DNA from: an uncultured Actinomycetes bacterium
GTDB lineage: Bacteria; Actinomycetota; Thermoleophilia; UBA2241
Assembly (NCBI GenBank): GCA_963767005.1
Contig: CAVYCN010000004.1
Span: 256,001 to 320,000 of the forward strand
DNA length: 64,000 bases
Direction of reading: 5' to 3'
The translations under genes were made by a program, and so were the position numbers. The notes beneath the pieces were generated by a model that did not search any database, was not told the DNA's origin, and worked only from the letters and a program-made list of their open reading frames with translations. Shown piece after piece: positions 46,961 to 56,493 of the stretch (positions are counted from its first letter, which is position 1; the number at the start of each line of letters is the position of its first letter).

Positions 46961-47956
46961 TCAGTTGGTGTAGTCGAACTCGTCGACCGGCGCGTTTGCC
47001 GTGCTCTGACCGGAGGCGTTGGTGACGAGAACATCCGCTGTGCCACTGCCGGCCGGCACGACGGCCGTGATGGTCCCGTCATCGACGACGGTGACGTCGG
47101 TGGCGGGGGTCGAGTCGAAGTCGACCTCGGTCGTGCCCGTGAAGTTGCTGCCCGCGATCGTGACGCTGTCGCCGGCCACGCCGGTGGCGGCGCCGGTGAC
47201 GGGATCCTTCGTGTTGGTGGTGGTATCGGTGACGCTCGTCACCTTCGGGAGCGACGACGTCGACGGTACGGTGAAGGTGTACCCGGCGTACATCGACGGC
47301 AGCGCCCACCCCGCCGGGGTCAGGACCGACACGTACAAGGAGGTGTTGGTGTTCGGGACCAGTGGCGTGTAGGCCGGAGAGGTGGCTGTGATCGTCGTGT
47401 CATTGACGACGGTGACGTTGGTGGCCGGGTCGAGGCCGAACCAGACGGCGGTCGCGCCCGTGAAGTAGGTGCCGGTGATCGTCACGGCCGTGCCACCGGT
47501 CATCGGGCCCGAAGTCGGGGCCACGAGCGTGATGTTCGGCAAGGGCAGGCGGTAGGTGTAACGTGCGGCCTTCGCTGCAGCGCTCATGGCGCCGGACTTG
47601 CCGACGACCCGCACCAGGACGGCGCCGGTGGCGTGGCTCGGTGCCATGACCGTGATCTTCCCCGCCGAGACCACGTGCACGTGGCTCGCGGCCTTGGTGC
47701 CGAAGAGGACCTTCTTGACCGCGCTCTTGCCGCCGCTCATGAAGTTCTTGCCGGTGATGGTGACCGTGTTGCCGCCGGTGGTCGGGCCGCTCGCCGCGCG
47801 GACGTGGGTCACGACCGGGCCGGCCGCCGCGAAGGCCAGGCCGGCCGAGGCCAGGCTGACGATCGCCAGCGCGACGAGCGCGAGCGTCAGCAGGCAGAGC
47901 GCGACCGGCCGCGCGCGTCGAGCCGATGGATGGAGTGTGCCGTTGCGTGTCCTCAT
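46961..47956 (-). CDS. Secreted protein with three IPT/TIG domains
   Basis: Repeats of P.VT...SGPTTGG.TVTITG.NF ... V.FG ... IT...P. Confidence 0.85.
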   Translation of the reverse strand: MRTRNGTLHPSARRARPVALCLLTLALVALAIVSLASAGLAFAAAGPVVTHVRAASGPTTGGNTVTITGKNFMSGGKSAVKKVLFGTKAASHVHVVSAGKITVMAPSHATGAVLVRVVGKSGAMSAAAKAARYTYRLPLPNITLVAPTSGPMTGGTAVTITGTYFTGATAVWFGLDPATNVTVVNDTTITATSPAYTPLVPNTNTSLYVSVLTPAGWALPSMYAGYTFTVPSTSSLPKVTSVTDTTTNTKDPVTGAATGVAGDSVTIAGSNFTGTTEVDFDSTPATDVTVVDDGTITAVVPAGSGTADVLVTNASGQSTANAPVDEFDYTN

Positions 47957-48074
47957 CTTCTTCCCTTCGTGTTGCCCTCGCGCTTGGTGCGCCCCTCGGC
48001 TAGGCGCGCGACGAGGCCGGCCAGCGGCAACGACGTCGCGTCAGGGCCTAGCGCGCTGACTCTAGTGAGTCGAT

Positions 48075-48102
48075 GTGAACCGGACGTGAGCGCCGTATGA
48101 GT
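48075..48102 (-). promoter_or_regulatory. PHO-box-like repeats
   Basis: Plus-strand GTGAAC/GTGAGC/ATGAGT at 48075, 48086, 48097. Confidence 0.65.
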
Positions 48103-48255
48103 TGCCGGCCATCGGCGCGTTGACGCCGCGCGAGGAAGACGTGAGCGCTCCGTTTCGGCGAGGCCAACTACGCTGCCAACACGGCCCGTGGAGAGGTGGT
48201 CGGCGGCGACCGGCTGGGGCCCTTATCGGCACGGCGGCCCGGCACGTGGCCGGCC

Positions 48256-48294
48256 GCTCACGGCAAAAACACCGGTCGCTAACAGGGCGCTAAC
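48256..48294 (+). promoter_or_regulatory. PHO box of pstSCAB
   Basis: GCTCAC/AAACAC/GCTAAC/GCTAAC at 48256, 48267, 48278, 48289. Confidence 0.75.
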
Positions 48295-48365
48295 CCGGCG
48301 ACGGTAACTTCTCGCCCGGTGGCCGACGGCTGCCATCGTCCAGGGAAGGGACAAGGAGACCGTTG

Positions 48366-49472
48366 ATGAAGAGATCGAGAAGGTTCTGGTACGCAGTGGC
48401 CTTGGGTCTGGTCGCTCTTGTGGCGGCGGTCGCGCTCGCCGCCTGCGGCAACTCGAACTCGGGCACGTCGAGCAGCTCGAGCCCGTCGTCGGGCTCGGGT
48501 GGTGGCAGCAGCCTGCTCGGCTCTGGCTCGACCTTCGCCCAGCCGCTGTATTCGGCGTGGGCCCAGACCTACCAGGGCGTCGCGGGCGTCAAGCTGAACT
48601 ACCAGGGCGTGGGTTCGGGCACCGGCATCGCCAACATCGAGGCCAAGACGGTGCAGTTCGGCGCCACCGACGCGCCGCTCACCGAATCCGATCTGCAGAG
48701 CAACTCGCTCGTACAGTTCCCGACGGCCGTGGGCGGCACGGTGGTGATCGTCAATCTGAGCGACGTGCCGAACGGCAAGCTCGTGCTGAACGGTCCCACG
48801 CTCGCCAACATCTACCTCGGCAAGATCACCAAGTGGAACGACGCGGCGATCAAGGCCCTGAACCCCGGACTGACCCTGCCGTCGACCGCCATCCACGTGG
48901 TGCATCGCTCCGACAGCTCGGGCACGTCGTGGATCTTCACGAGCTACCTCTCCGCGGTGTCGCCCACGTGGAAGAGCCAGGTCGGCGCCGACAAGTCGCC
49001 CACCTGGCCGGTAGGGGCGGGCGGCGCCAAGAGCGCCGGCGTGGCCGCTCTCGTGGAGCAGATCAAGGGCTCGATCGGCTACGTCGAGTACTCGTACGCC
49101 AAGCAGAACGACATCAGCACCGCGCAGATGGTGAACGCTGCCGGCAAGACCCTCGTGCCGACACTGGCGGGCTTCGCGGCGGCCGCCAAGAACGCGACCT
49201 GGGACCCGAACCAGGGCTTCGCGCTGGCGATCGTCAACGAGTCCGGGGCGACCGCCTGGCCGATCACCGGCGCGACGTACGCCCTGGTGCAGAAGGACCA
49301 GCCCAGCGCCGCGACCGGCAAGATGATCCTCAAGTTCTTCGACTGGGGTTACAAGAACGGCGCCAGTCAGGCGCAGAGCCTGGACTACGTGCCGATCCCG
49401 GCCAGCGTCTACAGCGTGGTCGAGCAGCAGTGGTCACAGATCACGGCGGGCGGCAGCCCGGTGTGGCCGTGA
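48366..49472 (+). CDS. pstS: Phosphate-binding lipoprotein PstS
   Basis: Lipobox LAACG; GSGSTF, YQGVGSGTG, FGATD, HRSDSSGTS. Confidence 0.95.
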   Translation: MKRSRRFWYAVALGLVALVAAVALAACGNSNSGTSSSSSPSSGSGGGSSLLGSGSTFAQPLYSAWAQTYQGVAGVKLNYQGVGSGTGIANIEAKTVQFGATDAPLTESDLQSNSLVQFPTAVGGTVVIVNLSDVPNGKLVLNGPTLANIYLGKITKWNDAAIKALNPGLTLPSTAIHVVHRSDSSGTSWIFTSYLSAVSPTWKSQVGADKSPTWPVGAGGAKSAGVAALVEQIKGSIGYVEYSYAKQNDISTAQMVNAAGKTLVPTLAGFAAAAKNATWDPNQGFALAIVNESGATAWPITGATYALVQKDQPSAATGKMILKFFDWGYKNGASQAQSLDYVPIPASVYSVVEQQWSQITAGGSPVWP

Positions 49473-49493
49473 TCTGATCGCACGCAGGCGGCG

Positions 49494-49527
49494 GCGGGCG
49501 GCGAAGCCCTTGGGCTTCGCCGCCCGC
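49494..49527 (+). terminator. Intercistronic hairpin after pstS
   Basis: gcgggcggcgaagccc-tt-gggcttcgccgcccgc. Confidence 0.65.
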
Positions 49528-49571
49528 TCGTCGCGTTTCGGAGAACCGACGACTCACAGGCGGGTCCGGAG

Positions 49572-50564
49572 ATGAGTACAGTCGAGGCAGAGACAGGAAG
49601 ACAGCCGGGCGGGGCCGGCGCGCAGACCCACGCGCGGCGTCACCACTTCTCGTGGGGCGACCCGCTCTTTCGCTGGTTCACCGTCGCCTGCGCGGCGGCG
49701 GTGGCCCTCGCGATGGTCCTGCTCGTCGGGGTGCTGCTGAAGAACTCCTGGCTGGCGATCCACACGCTCGGCTTCAAACCCCTCACGCACGTCGCCTACG
49801 CGCCGCCGGACACCTATGGTGCCTGGTCGAGCCTCATCGGGACGTTCGTGACGACGATCATCGCCATGGTCATCGCGGTGCCGCTCGCCCTGGCCATCGC
49901 CCTGCTGCTGGTCGAGCTCGTGCACCCCATCGTGTCGCGGGTCGTCGGCACGACGATCGAGATGCTCGCGGCCGTGCCCAGCATCATCTTCGGCATGTGG
50001 GGCCTCTGGATCGTCGTCCCGCTCATGTACAACCACGTGGAGCCCTGGATCCAGGCGACCCCGCTCGGTCGGCTGGCGCTCTTCGGCGGCACGCCGTACG
50101 GCACCGACATCTTCACGGCGGGCGTCGTGCTCAGTCTCATGATCCTGCCGTTCGTCACTGCCGTCTCGCGCGACGTGCTGAAGATGGTGCCGACCGTCAC
50201 CAAGGAGGCGGGCTACGGCATGGGGTCGACCACCTGGGAAGTCATGCGCAAGGTCAGCATGCCGTACGCCCTGTCGGGCATCGCCGGCGCGGTGTTCCTG
50301 GGGCTCGGCCGGGCCCTCGGCGAGACCATGGCGGTGGCGCTGATCATCGGTGGCGGTTTCACCGGCTTCCCGCACAGCCTGTTCGCTCAGGGCACCACAG
50401 TGTCGGCCACGATCGCGCTCAACTTCGGTGACGCCACGTCGAAGCTCGAGACGAGCATGCTCATCGAGCTCGCGCTCATCCTGTTCGCCATCACCATGGT
50501 GTTCCAGGCGCTCGCTCAGCTCTGGCTGGCGCGCGCTCGCCGCATGTCGGGGAGCCGGGCATGA
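49572..50564 (+). CDS. pstC: Phosphate ABC permease PstC
   Basis: MLAAVPSIIFGMWG, LGLGRALGETMAV. Confidence 0.95.
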   Translation: MSTVEAETGRQPGGAGAQTHARRHHFSWGDPLFRWFTVACAAAVALAMVLLVGVLLKNSWLAIHTLGFKPLTHVAYAPPDTYGAWSSLIGTFVTTIIAMVIAVPLALAIALLLVELVHPIVSRVVGTTIEMLAAVPSIIFGMWGLWIVVPLMYNHVEPWIQATPLGRLALFGGTPYGTDIFTAGVVLSLMILPFVTAVSRDVLKMVPTVTKEAGYGMGSTTWEVMRKVSMPYALSGIAGAVFLGLGRALGETMAVALIIGGGFTGFPHSLFAQGTTVSATIALNFGDATSKLETSMLIELALILFAITMVFQALAQLWLARARRMSGSRA

Positions 50565-50595
50565 GCGCCGACAGCATAGGCTCCGCCGGCCTCCC

Positions 50596-51465
50596 ATGAA
50601 GCGGCGCAACGTGGCCGGCCGGAGGCTCACGAACAGGCTTGTCACGACCGGTGCCTGGGTCGCGGCGACGATCGGCATCTTCGTGATGGCCTGGATCGTC
50701 TACACGGTCGTCAGGCGCGGCATCGGCGCCTGGAACCTGGACTTCTTCACGAAGACGCCGCCGCAGGGTCAATGGTTGTCGGGCCACGGCATCGCGAACT
50801 GCATCGTCGGCACCATCCTCATCACTGGCGGTGCGGCTATCGTCGGCCTGCCGCTCGGCTTCTTCGGCGCGATCTACCTGTCGGAGTTCGGTCGCACGGG
50901 GCGCATCGCCACGGTGATCCGCGCCATCACCAACATCGTGCTCGGCGTGCCCTCGATCATCGCCGGCCTGTTTGCCTACGGCCTGATCGTGGTGACCCAG
51001 CACCACTACTCGGGCTTCGCCGGGTCGTTCGCCCTCATGTTCATCATGCTGCCGGTCATGACGCGCACGGCCGAGGACATTCTGAACCTGGTGCCCAACG
51101 AGCTCCGCGAGTCGGCCCTCGCCATGGGCGTGCCCCGCTGGCGCGCGACGCTCGGCGTGGTCGTCAAGGCCGCGCGCGGCGGCCTGATCACCGGCGGTAT
51201 TCTCGCCGTAGTGCGCGTCGCCGGCGAGACCGCGCCCCTGCTGTTCACCGCCCTCAGCAGCCCCTACTGGGTCACGGCGCGCGGGTCGTCGAGCTACTTC
51301 GGCGGCCCGACGGCGAACCTCACGAAGTTCATCTGGGACTACTCCAACGACCCGGATCCCCGCATGGTGCAGATGGCCTGGGGCGCGGCGCTGCTGATCA
51401 TCGTCGCCGTGCTCGGCGCCAACGTCCTGACAAGGCTTCTCTTTCAGCGAGGCAAGGAATGGTAG
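50596..51465 (+). CDS. pstA: Phosphate ABC permease PstA
   Basis: [33 protein letters not shown]. Confidence 0.93.
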   Translation: MKRRNVAGRRLTNRLVTTGAWVAATIGIFVMAWIVYTVVRRGIGAWNLDFFTKTPPQGQWLSGHGIANCIVGTILITGGAAIVGLPLGFFGAIYLSEFGRTGRIATVIRAITNIVLGVPSIIAGLFAYGLIVVTQHHYSGFAGSFALMFIMLPVMTRTAEDILNLVPNELRESALAMGVPRWRATLGVVVKAARGGLITGGILAVVRVAGETAPLLFTALSSPYWVTARGSSSYFGGPTANLTKFIWDYSNDPDPRMVQMAWGAALLIIVAVLGANVLTRLLFQRGKEW

Positions 51466-52334
51466 AGCTCATGGACACGACCGAACCAGGCGCGCCGCCC
51501 CCGGTCGCCAGGCCGTTGCCGCCGCGGCTCGAAGTGACCACCCAGGGCGGCGGTCACGAGGCGGCCGAGTTCGACGCGTTGCCCAGCAAGCTGTCGGTGC
51601 GCGGCCTGAACTTCTTCTACGGCAAGGAGCAGGCGCTCTTCGGTAACGACCTCGACGTCAAGGAGCACCGCGTCACCGCGATCATCGGCCCGTCCGGCTG
51701 CGGCAAGTCGACTCACCTGCGCTGCTACAACCGCATCTACGAGCTCTACCGGGACCAGAAGGCCTCGGGCGAGATCGTGCTCGACGGTGAGAACATCCTG
51801 GCGTCGGGCACCGACCTGCTCGGCCTGCGTCGGCGCGTGGGCATGATCTTCCAGAAGCCGAGCCCGTTCCCCATGACCGTGTTCGACAACGTCGCTTACG
51901 GTCTGCGCATGCACTTCAAGCTGTCGCGGTCGGAGCTCGCCGAGCGCGTCGAGGACGCCCTCAAGCGCGGCGCCCTGTGGGACGAGGTCAAGCACAAGTT
52001 GAACGAGCCCGGCCTCGCCCTGTCCGGTGGTCAGCAGCAGCGCCTCTGCATCGCGCGCGCGATCGCCGCCGAGCCCGAGCTCATCCTCATGGACGAGCCC
52101 TGTTCGGCGATCGACCCGGTCGCCACGGGCAAGATCGAGGAGCTCGTCCAGGAGCTCAAGTCGTCGTACACGATCGCTCTGGTCACCCACAACATGCAGC
52201 AGGCCGCCCGCGTGTCCGACTACACGGCCTTCTTCTTCGAGGGCCGCATCATCGAGTTCGGCGCCACGACGCAGATCTTCGAGAACCCACTTCAGAAGCA
52301 GACAGAGGAATACATCACCGGCCGCTTCGGCTGA
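51459..52334 (+). CDS. pstB: Phosphate ABC ATPase PstB
   Basis: [42 protein letters not shown]. Confidence 0.97.
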   Translation: MVELMDTTEPGAPPPVARPLPPRLEVTTQGGGHEAAEFDALPSKLSVRGLNFFYGKEQALFGNDLDVKEHRVTAIIGPSGCGKSTHLRCYNRIYELYRDQKASGEIVLDGENILASGTDLLGLRRRVGMIFQKPSPFPMTVFDNVAYGLRMHFKLSRSELAERVEDALKRGALWDEVKHKLNEPGLALSGGQQQRLCIARAIAAEPELILMDEPCSAIDPVATGKIEELVQELKSSYTIALVTHNMQQAARVSDYTAFFFEGRIIEFGATTQIFENPLQKQTEEYITGRFG

Positions 52335-52347
52335 TCCAGGGGAGTCC

Positions 52348-53067
52348 ATGGCGACACAGCTACAGCGCGAGATCGGCAACCTGAAGAAGAGCATCCTCAC
52401 CCTGAGCGCCCTCGTCGAGGACAATCTGCGGCGCGCCTTCGAGGCCACCGAGCGCCGCGACGAGGCCCTCGCCACCGAGGCCATCGAGCGCGACTTCCCG
52501 ATCGACGTCATGGAGGTCGACGTCGAGGAGGACTGCCTCAAGGCGCTGGCCCTCTACCAGCCGGTGGCCGGCGACCTGCGTTTCATCGTCACCACCATCA
52601 AGATCAACACCACGCTCGAGCGCGTCGGCGACCTCGCCGTGAACATCGCCGAGCGCGCCCGGGAGCTGGCCGGCCTCGATCAGCCGGTCATGGCCTTCGA
52701 CATGACCGGCATGGCGGGCAAGGCGCAGCGCATGGTGGCAAGCGCCCTCGACGCGCTGGTGCGCTCCGACGCGGGCCTGGCGCGCGCCGTCCTGTTGGCC
52801 GACGACGAGGTCGACGACCTCGACCGCGAGATGACCGCCCGGCTGCACGAGGTCGTGCGCGAGCACCCCGAGTGGTTCGAGCCGGTCATGCAGCTTCTGC
52901 AGATCTCACGCTTCATCGAGCGCGTGGCCGACCACGCGACGAGCATCGCCGAAGACGTCATCTACATGGTCGAAGGCGAGATCCCGCGTCACTCGGTCAA
53001 GCGCGCCGTGGCCGAGGCGATGGGCTTCAACGGCACGACGACGCCGCCGAGCTCCCGGCTGGGCTGA
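52348..53067 (+). CDS. phoU: Phosphate signalling protein PhoU
   Basis: YQPVAGDLR, LERVGDLAVNIA, IERVADHATSIAE. Confidence 0.95.
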   Translation: MATQLQREIGNLKKSILTLSALVEDNLRRAFEATERRDEALATEAIERDFPIDVMEVDVEEDCLKALALYQPVAGDLRFIVTTIKINTTLERVGDLAVNIAERARELAGLDQPVMAFDMTGMAGKAQRMVASALDALVRSDAGLARAVLLADDEVDDLDREMTARLHEVVREHPEWFEPVMQLLQISRFIERVADHATSIAEDVIYMVEGEIPRHSVKRAVAEAMGFNGTTTPPSSRLG

Positions 53068-53078
53068 CGAAGCTGCCG

Positions 53079-54872
53079 CTAGCTCGCGGTGACGGTCGCG
53101 GGCGAACTTGCGCCGGCCGCGTACTTGCTCGAGGCGGGCACCGAGATGCGCAGCGAGGTGGTGCCGGCCACGGCCGTCCAGCCCACGCTGTAGGAGCCGT
53201 CGCTGCCGACGGTGACCGCGACCGCGTTCGTCCAGCTCGTGGCGCCCTCCGCCTTGGTCTGCAGCCAGACGGTGCCGGCCGCGGCCACGGGCAGCACCGT
53301 CCCCGTGAACGTGACCGGGGCGCCTGTGGCGACGGTCGTGCTCGTGGGGGCGATCGTCACTGCCGGCTTGACGCGGATCGTGACGATCGCCGACGTCACG
53401 GTGTGGGCCATGGGCGTGGCGGCCGAGAAGTAGTAGCGCGTGGTGCAGGCCGGCGCGAGCTTGACCGAGAAGGTGCTGTCCTTGACCACATAGCCGTCGA
53501 CCGTGGCCGTCGCCACCTTGCCTTTGAGCGAGCTGGTCTTCCACGAGCCCCCTGCCGGCTGCTGGTGCAGCGTGGCGGTCTTGCCGGTGGCGAGCGCCGG
53601 GTACAGCCGTCCGCCCAGGGTGACCTTCGTGCCGTAGGTGACGACCCCGCTCGGCGGCGTGATGGCGAGCGACGTGAAGTAGGCCCATGTGTCGCGCAGA
53701 CCGAGGTCGGCACGTATGGTGGCGCCGTCGGTGAGCTGCCAGCCGCCGTCGCCGATCAGGAGCGCCTTGACGATGCGCGGCGAGGTGCCGCGCTTGACGA
53801 CGTAGACGGCGCGCAGCGGACCCTTGGTGAAGCCCAGCGCCGCCGCGATCGAGGCCGGCGTGCGCTTGATCGGGTTGTCCGGCCACTTGTCGTAGGGCGA
53901 GGTGGAGTCGTAGGGGTCGGGCACGCCGACGAGGTAGGGATACGACGACTGCGACACGCTGGTCCAGACGTTCGAGATGCTCTCGGTGTGTCCGCCCGAG
54001 GTCGAGAAGAAGAAGGCCATGATCGGCGTGCCCTTGTACTTGGGGACGATGCCGGCGGTGGCGGTCACGGCTTTGGTCGAGCTCGCCGCCTCGCCGTCGG
54101 CGCCGCCGTACACCTGGCTTGCCGTCGTGCAGTACACGTCGTACAGGCCCGAGCCGCCGGTCGAGCGGAAGGCGTAGGAGCGGGCCGCCACTGCCTGGGC
54201 CTCGAGCGCCGCGAGCGGCCACGACGCCGGCGACTCGCGCGGCACCACGCCACGCAGGTACGACTCGAGCGGCAGCTTGTTGACGATGGCGAGGCCGGAG
54301 GTGGTGCGCACGACGCGCAGCGTGCCGCGGTAGTGGCCCACGTAGCCGTTGTCGTTGGCGGTGAGCAGCCTGAGGCGCGACGAGCCCGGCTTGAAGGTGA
54401 TCGGGCCCCCCGCCGTCCAGGTCTTCGTGCCGGCCTTCAGACGGTAGGCGCTGCCGGTCCAGGTCACGGTCGCCGTGACGCCGGCGCCCAGCGTGATCGT
54501 CGTCGACCCCCAGCTCGCCTTGAACTTGGTGGCGTCGGTCACGACGGCCGACGCGGCGTCGTCGCGCAGCAGGACGCGGATCGGCACGTTGGCGACCTTG
54601 CCGAGAGTCACCCCGGTGTAGTAGTGCCTGATGATGTTGCCGTACGACCAGCCGTGCAGCGCGTAGCCGTAGGCGCCGTACTGGGACAGGCCGATGCCGT
54701 GACCCCAGCCGCGCCCCTCGATCGTCATGGTCGTCGTCGTGGTGCCGAAGGCCGGCGCGCAGAAGGTGAGGCCGGCGGCAAGCGCGCAGAGCGCGCCGAG
54801 GACCATCGCCAGCGGGCGGCGGCCGGCGGGGCGGAGAGATGTGGGAAGAGGCGCTTTCATCGATGTCGCCAT
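53079..54872 (-). CDS. SpoIID/LytB domain lytic transglycosylase
   Basis: GWGHGIGLSQYGA, LESYLRGVVPRE, ALEAQAVAARSY, SQVYGG, FSTSGG. Confidence 0.9.
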   Translation of the reverse strand: MATSMKAPLPTSLRPAGRRPLAMVLGALCALAAGLTFCAPAFGTTTTTMTIEGRGWGHGIGLSQYGAYGYALHGWSYGNIIRHYYTGVTLGKVANVPIRVLLRDDAASAVVTDATKFKASWGSTTITLGAGVTATVTWTGSAYRLKAGTKTWTAGGPITFKPGSSRLRLLTANDNGYVGHYRGTLRVVRTTSGLAIVNKLPLESYLRGVVPRESPASWPLAALEAQAVAARSYAFRSTGGSGLYDVYCTTASQVYGGADGEAASSTKAVTATAGIVPKYKGTPIMAFFFSTSGGHTESISNVWTSVSQSSYPYLVGVPDPYDSTSPYDKWPDNPIKRTPASIAAALGFTKGPLRAVYVVKRGTSPRIVKALLIGDGGWQLTDGATIRADLGLRDTWAYFTSLAITPPSGVVTYGTKVTLGGRLYPALATGKTATLHQQPAGGSWKTSSLKGKVATATVDGYVVKDSTFSVKLAPACTTRYYFSAATPMAHTVTSAIVTIRVKPAVTIAPTSTTVATGAPVTFTGTVLPVAAAGTVWLQTKAEGATSWTNAVAVTVGSDGSYSVGWTAVAGTTSLRISVPASSKYAAGASSPATVTAS

Positions 54873-55186
54873 GGAGCGGGCCTCCTGATGCTACGACCGA
54901 CCGTCGCCTACGGCAAACGGTGCGGCCGATCGCTCGTCGCTTCTCAGTTTCGGCTGTCGGCAGTAGCTTCCTCTCTGATGACGTTCCGGGACCTGCGAGC
55001 CTAGCGCAGGTGTCGACTGCCGCGGCAACGGCCGCTGCGTCCGCATGTGGCAAGGTGCCCCGATCCCGCCGCCGCCGTTTTGTGTTGACAAGACGGACAA
55101 CAGCGGCGCCGTCACGAGTGGGCCCGCAGGCCGCGACACCCGGGGCGGGCTCAAGGCCCCCGGTGTTCGGCCGACACAAGGAGGGC

Positions 55187-56443
55187 ATGGAGCGCAGGCC
55201 GACACGAACCCCCTCCCCCCGCCGCCGTCACCGGCGCGCGCTCGGCGCTCTCGCGACGCTGACCTGCGCCGTCGCCGGCCTGCTCGTCGCGGCCAGCCCG
55301 GCCCTCGCCAAGACCTACAAGGACGTGCCCAAGACGTTCTGGGACCGCGGCGACATCACCTGGGTCACGAACCAGGGGCCGGCTACGGCGCGCGCGCTGG
55401 ACGACGTGGGCGGCGGCCTCTTCAGGCCCGGCCGGGCGGTCACGCGCGAGCAGTTCGCGCGCGCCCTCGTCACGGTCGCCGGCCTCGAGAACGAGCAGGT
55501 GACGGCGGTCCCGATCGCCGACATGACGAGCTCCGACCCGTACTACGCGAGCGTCGAGATCGCGCTGCACCTGGGCCTTATGTCGCAGTTCAAGGACGGC
55601 TTCCACCCCACGCAGGCGATGCTCTCGTGGCAGGCCGACGGGGCCGTGGTGCGGCTGCTGAGGGCGCTCGATCCGGGCGCGGACTGGAGCATGCTCACCG
55701 CGCTCAACCCGAGCAAGTGGCAGCCGAACCCCGGCTGGAAGACCGGCGCCCCGCGCTACCTGCCGACCGAGGTCGCCGCGCGGTACCTGGGCCTGCGCTT
55801 CAATCACCTGTCGACGAGCGACGCGCTCGAGGAGTCCCCGACCGACCCGATGACCCGCGCCGAGGCGGCCTACGTGCTGTACCACGCGCGTCACCTGTCG
55901 TCGTGGGCCATCGCCGGCCTCGCCGAGTACGACAAGGTCACGCTGCCGGCGCTGACCGACCGCGAGAAGCAGGTCGTGGCCTTCGCGCTCAGGTACATCG
56001 GGTATCCGTACGTCTGGGGCGGCGAATACCCGACGAAGGACTCGCCCTACGGCAAGCAGGCCCACGGCGGCTTCGACTGCTCGGGCTTCGACTGGTGGGT
56101 CATGAAGATCCACTTCGGCTACACGATAAGCGAACGCACCGCCGCCGGCATGGCCGGCGGCGCCAAGCCACGGATCACCTACGCCAAGCTCAAGCCGGGC
56201 GACCTCATCTTCTTCGGCCCGAAGGGTTCCAAGTCGACCGTCACGTCGATCTACCATGCCGCGCTCTACCTGGGCGACGGCTGGTTCATCCAGTCGACGG
56301 GCTCGCTCGACGGCGTCAGCATCTCGTCGCTCACGGCGGACTCCTACTGGAAGACGGCCTTCGCCTGGGGGCGCCGCGTGCTCAAGAAGAGCGAGATCAC
56401 CCCCCCGCCGTCACCGTCGCCCTCGCCTTCGCCCTCGTCGTAG
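55187..56443 (+). CDS. NlpC/P60 peptidoglycan endopeptidase with SLH-like N-terminal repeats
   Basis: GYPYVWGG, GFDCSGF, PGDLIFF, HAALYLG; FRPGRAVTREQF. Confidence 0.88.
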   Translation: MERRPTRTPSPRRRHRRALGALATLTCAVAGLLVAASPALAKTYKDVPKTFWDRGDITWVTNQGPATARALDDVGGGLFRPGRAVTREQFARALVTVAGLENEQVTAVPIADMTSSDPYYASVEIALHLGLMSQFKDGFHPTQAMLSWQADGAVVRLLRALDPGADWSMLTALNPSKWQPNPGWKTGAPRYLPTEVAARYLGLRFNHLSTSDALEESPTDPMTRAEAAYVLYHARHLSSWAIAGLAEYDKVTLPALTDREKQVVAFALRYIGYPYVWGGEYPTKDSPYGKQAHGGFDCSGFDWWVMKIHFGYTISERTAAGMAGGAKPRITYAKLKPGDLIFFGPKGSKSTVTSIYHAALYLGDGWFIQSTGSLDGVSISSLTADSYWKTAFAWGRRVLKKSEITPPPSPSPSPSPSS

Positions 56444-56493
56444 GAGATGCGCGACGGCGCCGCGCGCCGTCGTGACCGGGCGCGTCGGGCGCC

